DNA of 64,000 nt, from contig ASMP01000001.1 of NCBI GenBank assembly GCA_000405225.1, positions 136,496-200,495 of the forward strand, read 5' to 3'. Made by a program: the position numbers and the translations under genes. The stretch comes from Nanoarchaeota archaeon SCGC AAA011-D5 (GTDB taxonomy: Archaea > Nanobdellota > Nanobdellia > Pacearchaeales > GW2011-AR1). This document shows, piece after piece, positions 25,815 to 34,222 of the stretch (the stretch's first letter is position 1; each line of letters starts with the position of its first letter). The notes below the pieces were generated by a model, which did no database searches, was not told the origin of the DNA, and was given only the letters and a program-made list of their open reading frames with translations.

Positions 25815-27842
25815 CTATTTCTCCATCCTTTTCATGAATTCCTTCAGGAATTTCTCGTGCTTTTCGCGGTCTTTTATTTCTTTTATAGAATATGTGTCCA
25901 TGTTCTCTTTTCTGTGCCTTTCTGTTTTTACAATGTTTCTCAGCTTGTCTGTTATTTTTTCACTCATCAGGACTTCGTTATTGGCAATGGATGATATCTT
26001 CTTTGACTGAGACATGAGGTTTCCCATTCCCATGAATTTAAAGGAATCTGGTTCCTGCTTTGCTATGATTGCTCCGTAATTTAGAGAAATTCCAAAGTCC
26101 ACTTTTTGCTTTGAAAGCCTATTATGTGAATCAAGAAGGTCCTTTATCCCTTGCGAGACTTTCAATGCAGAATCTTCGTTCTTGAAGGTTTTTGTCCTTA
26201 TCGGAGCAAATATAAAGAAAATGTTTTCGTTGTCTCTGTATATTGCCGCCTTATGACTTTCTGCAACAGACATCACCTTCTTAAGAATTTCATGGGCGCT
26301 TCCTTCACCGCCAGGAGCATGTTTTAATGAAGCCATATTCTTTACCTTAAGAGTTATCATGCTAACATCTTGTTTGTCGCCTTTTATTGAAAGAGCTAAT
26401 TCTGCCCTGCTGCTTCCCTGTCCATGAGTTTTTACTATTTCTTCTGCACTACCGCCTCCGTCATGGAATTTTTTTTGAGTTCCTGACGCGCCAGAGCCCA
26501 TGTAGCCTATGAAGGTTTTTTGGTATCCGCGCTTAAAAAATATGAAAGCCACAAATCCCAAAATCGCGAGTATGAATATCCATATCGCAGGGAATTTTAA
26601 AAGGCTGCCAATTGAGGTAGAGGCTTTTTTAACATCCACATTGCTTCCTGTCAAGGCCACACTGGCGCCGGTAATTTGCCCATTGGCATTTACCTCCACA
26701 TCATATTCTCCGTCAGGTGCTGTAAGAATCCATCGCTGGCTCTCATCAACCTCCAAATATGCCTGTATATTCAGGGATTGATTCCCTATTTTCACGAGAA
26801 CTGTCCTGTTGTAAGGAACATTTCCAATATTTGTTATAACTATTGTCTTGTTAATGATTTCAACAGTTGCATTTTCCTTTTTAAGAATCTTAAAATCGGA
26901 TTCGGAGATAAGCTTATGCGAAACAGCAACAACTTCCCAGGAAAGAGGTTCCTCGTTGTAATCTATCGGAAATTCAAGGACTTCCTCTGTCGGTTTTTCT
27001 ATTTGTTCCATTATCTTGCTTCCGTTGTTTTTTATCGTCAAGAATGCTGTCGAATTTATTTTAATCCCTGTTTGATCATAGAGAACAGCCCTGACCTTTA
27101 CGCTTGTTCCTGGTTCTATTTCCGGGGTTTCAAAAACTATCTCAAGGCTTGTCGGAACCTGTTTTATGTATATGTTATTATCTATGAAACCGTTGTTAGT
27201 AACGCTTCCTGACAAATCCTGTTCATATATCCTTGTTCTGAGAAGATAGTTTCCGGCTTTTATTTCCTTGGGAAACGGTATGTTTATAGAAAAAAAACCA
27301 TTGTTTACTGTTCCCTGTTGGCTTAAAACAGTGGAATTCCCCTCTAAAACAATAAGTTCTGCGTATCCGTTCGCAGGGTTCCCGTTTTCTCTGAGAGCAT
27401 TTCCAGTGACCAATATGCTTTCTTCCGGGTTAAATTCTGTTTTAGAGATGTTGCTTTGTATGCTTATCAAATCAGAGATTTTGAAATTGTTCGTAGTACC
27501 TGAGTCTGCTGCCAGGAAAGCCTTTATCGAGCATGTTCCTTTAAAATCCCCTATAATTATTCTGTCAAGTATGAGCAGGGATTCTACATTCTTGGGTTCG
27601 TTGGCAGTGAGGCCTATTGGATTTTTATAAAAATTAGTCTTGTTGTTGTTACAGACTAAGTCCATCTGAAAAGAACCAGAAATAGTTGAAGGTGATTTCA
27701 GCGTTACTGAAACAGGAATTGTGTCTCCGAGATTGTAAACAGGATTTGGCTGCTGGTTAATTATGATCTCTGCAGAAGCCAGAGGGATAAGAAAGAAAAT
27801 TGATAAGATAATTGAACTGATAATTCTCCCTTTGTTTTCCAT
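25815..27842 (-). CDS. single-pass membrane protein: large Ig-like ectodomain plus cytoplasmic domain resembling a degenerate class III nucleotide cyclase
   Basis: Signal peptide, TM FPAIWIFILAILGFVAFIFF; cytoplasmic VSMITLKVKNMASL...FGISLNYGAIIAKQ...MGMGNLMSQSKKISSIANNEVLMSEK follows the cyclase-homology layout, but the first metal-binding Asp position reads Lys. Confidence 0.5.
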   Translation of the reverse strand: MENKGRIISSIILSIFFLIPLASAEIIINQQPNPVYNLGDTIPVSVTLKSPSTISGSFQMDLVCNNNKTNFYKNPIGLTANEPKNVESLLILDRIIIGDFKGTCSIKAFLAADSGTTNNFKISDLISIQSNISKTEFNPEESILVTGNALRENGNPANGYAELIVLEGNSTVLSQQGTVNNGFFSINIPFPKEIKAGNYLLRTRIYEQDLSGSVTNNGFIDNNIYIKQVPTSLEIVFETPEIEPGTSVKVRAVLYDQTGIKINSTAFLTIKNNGSKIMEQIEKPTEEVLEFPIDYNEEPLSWEVVAVSHKLISESDFKILKKENATVEIINKTIVITNIGNVPYNRTVLVKIGNQSLNIQAYLEVDESQRWILTAPDGEYDVEVNANGQITGASVALTGSNVDVKKASTSIGSLLKFPAIWIFILAILGFVAFIFFKRGYQKTFIGYMGSGASGTQKKFHDGGGSAEEIVKTHGQGSSRAELALSIKGDKQDVSMITLKVKNMASLKHAPGGEGSAHEILKKVMSVAESHKAAIYRDNENIFFIFAPIRTKTFKNEDSALKVSQGIKDLLDSHNRLSKQKVDFGISLNYGAIIAKQEPDSFKFMGMGNLMSQSKKISSIANNEVLMSEKITDKLRNIVKTERHRKENMDTYSIKEIKDREKHEKFLKEFMKRMEK

Positions 27843-27951
27843 TAATTCTAAAGTAAGAACTTATTTATAAATATTGTTTAAATGGATAATATTAATAACA
27901 TTTTCCAGTATTTTGAAAATCTAGTGTCCTTAAATAAAATTATTGGTAAGT

Positions 27952-28131
27952 TTATGGTTTGGGTCTTGAAAAGAAAGCTACCAAAGCACCAATTACAAAT
28001 ACAATAATTGCTATTATTTGTACGCTATTACCGGTAAGTGGGAGATATGGAGAAGCGGCAACAAGAGTTGTCCCATAAAAAAATATTACTGCAGCTAAAA
28101 TCATAAGAAAAATTCCAAATCCTTTTCCCAT
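27952..28131 (-). CDS. small two-TM membrane protein (59 aa)
   Basis: Not in track; hand translation MGKGFGIFLMILAAVIFFYGTT...IIAIIVFVIGALVAFFSRPKP. Confidence 0.4.
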   Translation of the reverse strand: MGKGFGIFLMILAAVIFFYGTTLVAASPYLPLTGNSVQIIAIIVFVIGALVAFFSRPKP

Positions 28132-28229
28132 ATAATAACTAAAGAGATACTATTTATAAATTTATATGAAAATTTTATCCTTATTCTCGTATGAGATATA
28201 TTTAAAAAATAGAGCGCCTTTAATGAAAA

Positions 28230-29366
28230 ATGGACAAAAAAACGAGGGAAATGAAGGTTACACCCTGGGAAGTTTCGGGAAGCATTGACTACGGAAAGCT
28301 GATCAAGGAATTTGGGATTAAGCCCATGGGGAAACTTCCGGAAATTTTTAATGAAAATGTCCTTTTTCGAAGAAAAACTGTTTTTGCCTACAGAGATTTT
28401 GAAAAAATACTCGAGGCAGTCAAAGGTAAAAAGCCATTTGTCATGATGACTGGATTGATGCCTTCCGGCAAATTCCATCTCGGGCATATGCTTCTTGCCC
28501 TGCAGATGGTTTTTTATCAGAAACTTGGGGCTAAGATCTATATTGCTGTTGCAGACCTTGAGGCATACAATGCCAGGCAGAAAAGTCTTGAAGAGCTCAG
28601 GAAAATTGCGGTAGACCAGTATCTTCTGAATTATTCTGCTCTTGGCCTTGACTTGAACAAATGTGATATCTATTTTCAAAGCGAGAGAAGTCAAGACCCG
28701 GGAAAATCTAATGCATATTACAGGCTGGCTTCTAATTTTTCCAGATATGCCACATTCAACGAGTTTAAGGCTGTTTACGGTGACATAAGCCCTGGAAAAA
28801 TGAACGCTTCCTTATTGCAGGCTGCAGATATGTATCATCCACAGCTTCCAGAGTTTGAAGGAGGTCCTATTGCAACATTTATCCCTGTTGGAATAGACCA
28901 GGATCCCCATATAAGAATTGCAAGAGACATGGCTAACAGAGATAAGGATTACAGGTTTTTGCCTATTGCTTCTACTTATCATCTTTTTTTGCCAGGATTA
29001 AAAGGCGGCGGAAAAATGTCTTCCAGCGATGAGAATTCTTTTATTGCAATGACAGATTCTCCTAAGGAAGTAGAAACAAAGATAAAAAAATATGCCTTTT
29101 CAGGTGGCAAAGACACGAGGGAAGAACACATGAAAAAAGGCGGAAATCCCGACGTGGATGTAAGTTTCCAATATTTGAAAATGTTTTTCGAGCCAGATGA
29201 CGTGAAACTAAGGAAAATTGAAGAAGATTACAGAGCAGGAAAGCTTTTGACAGGAGAGTTGAAAGAATACCTCATAAAAAAGATAAATGCTTTTCTGAAA
29301 GAACACCAAGAAAAAAGAGAAAAAGCCAAAAAGGAGATTGAAAAATTTATTTACAAACAAAAATGA
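28230..29366 (+). CDS. trpS: tryptophan--tRNA ligase (archaeal type)
   Basis: VTPWEVSGSIDYGKLIKEFG N-terminus, HIGH-like KFHLGH, KMSSS. Confidence 0.85.
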   Translation: MDKKTREMKVTPWEVSGSIDYGKLIKEFGIKPMGKLPEIFNENVLFRRKTVFAYRDFEKILEAVKGKKPFVMMTGLMPSGKFHLGHMLLALQMVFYQKLGAKIYIAVADLEAYNARQKSLEELRKIAVDQYLLNYSALGLDLNKCDIYFQSERSQDPGKSNAYYRLASNFSRYATFNEFKAVYGDISPGKMNASLLQAADMYHPQLPEFEGGPIATFIPVGIDQDPHIRIARDMANRDKDYRFLPIASTYHLFLPGLKGGGKMSSSDENSFIAMTDSPKEVETKIKKYAFSGGKDTREEHMKKGGNPDVDVSFQYLKMFFEPDDVKLRKIEEDYRAGKLLTGELKEYLIKKINAFLKEHQEKREKAKKEIEKFIYKQK

Positions 29367-31069
29367 AAATCCTCACACTCCACGTTGATTACATAAATTT
29401 CAAACCCCTTAAAAAAGCGCTGAAGAAAATCGCAGATCTTCCTGAAAAAGAAAAAGAAGGGCAGAAAATTGGAGAAAGCCTGGTTGTTTTGACAGCTGTT
29501 GAAAAAGGAGACACTGTCAAAGAGTCTGTTGGAGAACTGGTAAAAAATATTGAAGACATAGCGAAACAGGTGAAGATAAAATCCATAGTCCTCTATCCCT
29601 ATGCTCATCTTTCAAGCAATCTAGCTTCTCCTGAAACAGCAGAGGAAATCCTCAGAGAAGCTGAAATAGAACTGAAAAAAAATTTTAAGGTTGTCAGAGC
29701 TCCTTTCGGATATTACAAAGAATTTGAGCTGAAGGTAAAAGGCCATCCCTTGAGCGAGCTTAGTAGGGAAATCAGGACAGAAGGAAAGCAGGTTCAAGAA
29801 GAAATATACAATGCTAGCCAATTATTAAGGGAGATTTCAAAATCCAAATTAGACACTTCTAAATTAAAAGACAATGACCACAGAATTATAGGACAAGAGA
29901 TGGATTTATTCAGCTTTAATGAAGTTGCTCCAGGAATGGTTCTTTGGCATAACAATGGGTTAATAATAAAAAATGGGCTTACAGATTTCTGGAGAGAGGA
30001 GCACAAAAAAGCAGGCTATCAGGAAATTTCAACTCCCCAGATGATGGATTCCAAGCTTTGGAAGGTTTCAGGGCACTGGGATAAATACAAGGGGAATAAT
30101 TTTATTTCTGAATATGAAAAAAGGCTATTCTTGCTAAAGCCAATGAATTGTCCAGGCGGGATGCTTGTTTACAAAGCAAGACCAAAAAGCTACAGGGATT
30201 TGCCCCTCAGGGTTGCGGAAATGGGTGTTGTTCATCGTGTTGAACTTTCAGGGGTTTTATCCGGATTGTTTAGATTAATACAATTCACTCAGGATGATGC
30301 ACATCTATTTTGTGCAGATGAGAAGCAAACAAAAGAAGAGATAAAGAAAATTGTTGAATTGATTAATTTCTTCTATAATAAATTTAATCTGAAATTTGAC
30401 CATGTCGAGCTTTCTACAAGACCTGAAAAAAGGATAGGAACAGATGAAACCTGGACAAAAGCCGAGAAATTACTGGAGGATGTTCTAAAGGATTTAAAAA
30501 TCAAGTATAAAGTTAACAAAGGGGAAGGCGCTTTTTACGGCCCAAAGATAGATTTTCATGTTAAAGACTCCTTAGAAAGAACCTGGCAAGTTTCAACAAT
30601 CCAGTTGGATTTTTCCATGCCTGACAGATTTGAGCTGGAATATACTGACAGAGATAACAGCAAAAAACGACCTATCATGCTTCATAGGGTCATTTATGGG
30701 AGCCTTGAAAGATTTATTGCCATCATGCTTGAACATACTAATGGCAGGCTTCCAACATGGCTTGCTCCTGTTCAAGTAAGGGTTTTAAGCTTTACAGACA
30801 GAAACGAGCCTTATGCCAGGAAAGTCATCAAGAAATTGGGAGAAGCAATTCCGGAAATGAGGATGGATGCTGATTTTCGTTCTGTTCCTGTTCCTACAAA
30901 AGTCAGGGATGCAGAGTTAATGAGGATAAATTATATAATTGTTGTAGGCGACAAAGAAGAAAAGGGAAACACGGTTGCTGTAAGAGTCAAGGGTGACAAA
31001 AGAATAAAAACCATGAAGCCTGAAGAATTCGTAAAGTCTTTAAAGAAAGAAATCCAAGAAAAAAGGTAG
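29363..31069 (+). CDS. thrS: threonine--tRNA ligase with archaeal N-terminal editing domain
   Basis: Class II motifs FRLIQFTQDDAH, GPKIDFH, HRVIYGSLERF; C-terminal anticodon-binding domain; 4-nt overlap with trpS. Confidence 0.9.
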   Translation: MKILTLHVDYINFKPLKKALKKIADLPEKEKEGQKIGESLVVLTAVEKGDTVKESVGELVKNIEDIAKQVKIKSIVLYPYAHLSSNLASPETAEEILREAEIELKKNFKVVRAPFGYYKEFELKVKGHPLSELSREIRTEGKQVQEEIYNASQLLREISKSKLDTSKLKDNDHRIIGQEMDLFSFNEVAPGMVLWHNNGLIIKNGLTDFWREEHKKAGYQEISTPQMMDSKLWKVSGHWDKYKGNNFISEYEKRLFLLKPMNCPGGMLVYKARPKSYRDLPLRVAEMGVVHRVELSGVLSGLFRLIQFTQDDAHLFCADEKQTKEEIKKIVELINFFYNKFNLKFDHVELSTRPEKRIGTDETWTKAEKLLEDVLKDLKIKYKVNKGEGAFYGPKIDFHVKDSLERTWQVSTIQLDFSMPDRFELEYTDRDNSKKRPIMLHRVIYGSLERFIAIMLEHTNGRLPTWLAPVQVRVLSFTDRNEPYARKVIKKLGEAIPEMRMDADFRSVPVPTKVRDAELMRINYIIVVGDKEEKGNTVAVRVKGDKRIKTMKPEEFVKSLKKEIQEKR

Positions 31070-31093
31070 ACAAAAATTCCAAACATATTTTAA

Positions 31094-31771
31094 ATGAAAC
31101 CATCACATTACATAGAAAAAGTCAAGAAATTCCCTGCTTACAAGCTGATGATGGAAGAAGATCCCAAGACATACCCGTGCTCTGTATTTTTTTTAAGGGA
31201 TTTTGATGAAGGAAACAATGAAACCCAGGTTGATTTTTATTCTCCTTTGAAAAAGCAGATGATAAGTTTCAAGGTTGATAAAAAGGTTGAAAGAGTGGAG
31301 AACAAGCATGCCAAGACAATAACAAACAAGAAACTTGTTCCACAGCCGTTGCCTGAAAATATAAAAATGGACATTGATGAAATGAAGTCCACCATTTTGG
31401 ACGAGATGCATAACAGGGACATGACCTACGAAATAGAGAAGGTTTTGGCTTTTTTGAATATGACAGACGGAACTCCTGTATGGAATTGCACAACATTTTT
31501 GAAAGGCCTAGGACTAGTTCAGGCACACATAGAAGACAAAAGCGCAAGCGTTTTATTCATGGAAAAGAAGTCTTTGTTTGATTTAATCAAGTTTTCAGGC
31601 GGTGCTCCAGGCATGCCCGGAATGATGGGCGCTCCGGAAAAACCTGCTGGAGGACCTATTGGAGGAGTCACTATTCTACCACCCCAGACAATTCCCTCTG
31701 AGGCAGAAACCAAGCCGAAAACTCAAAAAGCTCCAGAACCCACAAAAAAGAAAGAATCTAAATCTAAGTAA
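31094..31771 (+). CDS. hypothetical protein with Gly/Pro/Met-rich low-complexity tail
   Basis: 225-aa ORF; GAPGMPGMMGAPEKPAGGPIGG tail. Confidence 0.45.
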   Translation: MKPSHYIEKVKKFPAYKLMMEEDPKTYPCSVFFLRDFDEGNNETQVDFYSPLKKQMISFKVDKKVERVENKHAKTITNKKLVPQPLPENIKMDIDEMKSTILDEMHNRDMTYEIEKVLAFLNMTDGTPVWNCTTFLKGLGLVQAHIEDKSASVLFMEKKSLFDLIKFSGGAPGMPGMMGAPEKPAGGPIGGVTILPPQTIPSEAETKPKTQKAPEPTKKKESKSK

Positions 31772-31774
31772 TTC

Positions 31775-32086
31775 TTACCTGATTAGCATAATAAGAAAGA
31801 TAAATACTACAACTATTATAACTAGGAAAATGCCTAAAGTATATGTTAGCAGATAAAGGGCTTCTTTCTTTTTGCCATTTAAGTACCATACAATTGGCCT
31901 TCCAAAGACCAGAGTTCCTGTAAAAGCTGCTGAAAAAACAAAGAGCATAAGCATAAAAATAGGAACAATAATTGACTTTTCATCTCCAAAAGACTGGCTT
32001 AAAAGATGTATGAATGAAGCAACAGTAGTTACATAAAGAGCTGTTCCTAAAGAATTAATTGTGGCATATTTTAATATGTCTTTCAT
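31775..32086 (-). CDS. small three-TM membrane protein
   Basis: Start set to ATG at 32086 (MKDILKY); the track start at 32128 is GTG and abuts repeat D. Confidence 0.45.
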   Translation of the reverse strand: MKDILKYATINSLGTALYVTTVASFIHLLSQSFGDEKSIIVPIFMLMLFVFSAAFTGTLVFGRPIVWYLNGKKKEALYLLTYTLGIFLVIIVVVFIFLIMLIR

Positions 32087-32128
32087 AAAAATGTTACAGA
32101 GTTTTAATTTAAAATCTTTATGAAACAC

Positions 32129-32143
32129 ACGCCCCGACCGAGA
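32129..32143 (-). repeat. copy D of the tRNA-Glu 3'-end core (acgccccgaccgaga)
   Basis: 15/15 identity to 32739-32753 at the real tRNA-Glu(UUC); lies just beyond the MazF gene stop. Confidence 0.85.
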
Positions 32144-32158
32144 GTATAGAGAGCGTAG

Positions 32159-32491
32159 CTATTCTTTCAAGAAAGAAATTACTTTATTTACAATCTCTTT
32201 GAATTTTTCGGGTTTTAGGGAACCAATTTTATATTTTATCAATGATTTTTCAATAGAACCAATTTTATCAATTCTAATAAAACTTTCTCTCTTTAAATTA
32301 CCCCGCTTAAAGTCTTTATTTTCTATTTTTATCTCAACAGATTTCTCATAAGAGGAGCCGGTGATTTGATTAACTATTACGTCCTTGCCTTTAGGAATTT
32401 TAAGAATTAATACAGGTCTTCTTTTCGATTCCTTCAAACTTGAAAAAGGAAAATCTATGACAATTATATCTCCCTTTACAAGTCCTTCCAT
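32159..32491 (-). CDS. mazF: MazF/PemK-family toxin
   Basis: GDIIVIDFPF...KRRPVLIL...VNQITGS...ESFIRIDKIGSI pattern. Confidence 0.75.
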   Translation of the reverse strand: MEGLVKGDIIVIDFPFSSLKESKRRPVLILKIPKGKDVIVNQITGSSYEKSVEIKIENKDFKRGNLKRESFIRIDKIGSIEKSLIKYKIGSLKPEKFKEIVNKVISFLKE

Positions 32492-32694
32492 GCTTCATCC
32501 TCTTCTTTGTTAAGCCATGTTTTAGCAAAAGACTTTTCAGAAAGAATAGCGTCTTCAGGAATAGACTTTTTCAGAATTATTTCATCGTCTTTTCTGATTA
32601 CAATTAGTTTGTCTCCTTCATTAATCCCTTTACGTAGATCTAAAGGAATTACTACTTGTCCTCTTGAACTCATCTTTGTTGTATCAATTATCAT
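32476..32694 (-). CDS. AbrB/MazE/SpoVT-family antitoxin
   Basis: SSRGQVVIPLDLRKGINEGDKLIV swapped-hairpin motif; overlaps toxin start by 16 nt. Confidence 0.75.
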   Translation of the reverse strand: MIIDTTKMSSRGQVVIPLDLRKGINEGDKLIVIRKDDEIILKKSIPEDAILSEKSFAKTWLNKEEDEAWKDL

Positions 32695-32740
32695 AAATAA
32701 GATTAATCTTACTTCTATTTAAATCTTTGTTTTTTAGAAA

Positions 32741-32813
32741 CGCCCCGACCGAGATTCGAACTCGGGTCACGACCGTGAAAGGGTCGCATTCTTGGCCTCT
32801 GAACTATCGGGGC
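32741..32813 (-). tRNA. tRNA-Glu(UUC)
   Basis: Hand-folded 73 nt: GCCCCGA/TCGGGGC, anticodon stem CGACC/GGTCG, loop CTTTCAC, T arm CCGAG TTCGAAT CTCGG. Confidence 0.9.
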
Positions 32814-33024
32814 TCGCTCATTTCATTCGTTCACCCTATACCGCTTAAGCGCAGTCGTCCTAGGGCTTGATTGTTAATTTTCACTAGGAATTCTTTTAAT
32901 TTCAGCCCAAAATAGTTTTTAAAGATAACTAATCGGTGATCTGTAAAGTTAGCGACGCCTATTTTGTTACAAAAAGATATTCGGGTGCCAACACCTTTAA
33001 AAACTTCGACCGAAACAATTTTTC

Positions 33025-33660
33025 ATGAGAATGACACAAGGACTTGGAAGCTCCAACTGGCGCGCCGAGATGTGGGCCGAGATATTTGACAGAGCAAGAA
33101 AGAAGGGCAAAGTTTTCGAAAGGACTCTGGGCGAGCATAATTTTCAGTACGCGCTTATAAATTCTGCAGACAGATACGGAAGAATATCCGTCTCGACAAC
33201 AGGGGCGCAGTATCGCTACAGCGGGCGTTCGGTCACGTTCTGGATAAAGGACGAAGAAAGCGACGAGTTGCACGTTGGCGTATGTTACGGGCCAGGCCTG
33301 AATTTTGTATTTGAAGCCAACACTCCGGCGCCTTTCAGGGATTGTGTAGGGCTGCACGAGCACATAGAATCAAAGTTTCTGGGAAATCCGAAAAGCCACA
33401 CCCTTGCGTGCAGCGCGGAGCTCGGGGAAGTTTTCAGAAGGAAAACGAAGTTTGTCGGCGCCTACGCCAGATGGCTGGTTGAACTGCATGACAATTCTAA
33501 AACCCCTGAAAAGGGATATTTTACCCGTGCCGTGCCGGATTTCATGAGAATCTTAAGAGAAGGAAAATTATCTCCCTTGGAAATGCTGCAAGAATTCAAG
33601 GAGCGAGTAGATTCCATAAAATTTTTAAATGTCGCAGTGTCAAATAGACATCAAAGATGA
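33025..33660 (+). CDS. hypothetical protein in a conspicuously GC-richer segment
   Basis: 211-aa ORF; many GC-rich codons (gcg, cgc, ggc, acg) unlike its neighbours; its stop overlaps the 3' end of tRNA-Ile. Confidence 0.5.
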   Translation: MRMTQGLGSSNWRAEMWAEIFDRARKKGKVFERTLGEHNFQYALINSADRYGRISVSTTGAQYRYSGRSVTFWIKDEESDELHVGVCYGPGLNFVFEANTPAPFRDCVGLHEHIESKFLGNPKSHTLACSAELGEVFRRKTKFVGAYARWLVELHDNSKTPEKGYFTRAVPDFMRILREGKLSPLEMLQEFKERVDSIKFLNVAVSNRHQR

Positions 33661-33831
33661 GCCTGCTCGGATTTGAACCGAGGACCCCTGCCTCTCTTAG
33701 ATGAAAACCTCCTGTTGGTTTCCCACACTTCCAGCTTCCCAAGATTATAATCTTGGTATCTAAAAGATTCTAATCCTTATGAATCAGATTCCTATAAGAG
33801 CAGTGCTCTGACCAGGCTGAGCTACAGGCTC
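33658..33831 (-). tRNA. tRNA-Ile(UAU) with an intron of about 99 nt after position 37
   Basis: Hand-folded: GAGCCTG/CAGGCTC acceptor, A73, D arm GCTC AGCCTGGTCA GAGC, anticodon stem CTGCT/GGCAG, loop CTTATA[intron]A, T arm CTCGG TTCAAAT CCGAG. Confidence 0.7.
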
Positions 33832-33911
33832 GTGAATGACGCAGCTGCGGCGTTCACTTTTTTGGAAGAATTCTTAGATATTTAAAATTATCCTAATACT
33901 GCTAATACTGA

Positions 33912-34121
33912 TTATTTTCCCGGGAACAAAGCCTTGAGCATTTTTCTTAAGTTATCATCTAAAAAACAAATATCTTCTGCAGCTACCTTTTCAATAAACT
34001 TGGTCAAAGCACCCCTGCCGTAAAATCCTGTTTCATTTGCTTTTTTTAACAGCTTTTTTTGTGTTTCAGAATCAAGATATACTTTAATTGGTTTCTTCAT
34101 ATCCCCTCTTTTCTTCATCAA
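33912..34121 (-). CDS. ribbon-helix-helix (CopG-like) DNA-binding protein
   Basis: KPIKVYLDSETQKKLLKKANETGFYGRGALTKFIEKV fits a beta-alpha-alpha layout. Confidence 0.5.
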   Translation of the reverse strand: MMKKRGDMKKPIKVYLDSETQKKLLKKANETGFYGRGALTKFIEKVAAEDICFLDDNLRKMLKALFPGK

Positions 34122-34222
34122 AATAAAGATTTTGTCTCTTATAAATTTTACTTACATCAGAGAAGATGTATTGCAATTGAAAAAGATGAACAGGCCCTAA
34201 AGGGCATGGTTTCAGGCCTTAA

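Noticed and set aside
28101-28694. 197-aa minus-strand ORF overlapping the trpS start
   Set aside because: It is a shadow of trpS. The real minus-strand gene nearby is the 59-aa membrane ORF at 27952-28131, in a different frame.
32959-33363. 134-aa minus-strand ORF in the GC-rich segment
   Set aside because: High GC keeps the antisense frame open. The plus-strand 211-aa ORF is longer and has a plausible start context.
33832-33857. GC-rich imperfect palindrome gtgaatgacgcagctgcggcgttcac just 5' of tRNA-Ile, and the tandem ctaatactg x2 at about 33889-33906
   Set aside because: Each occurs once, the arms are imperfect, and there is no second copy to suggest an att site. They may simply be promoter or terminator context.
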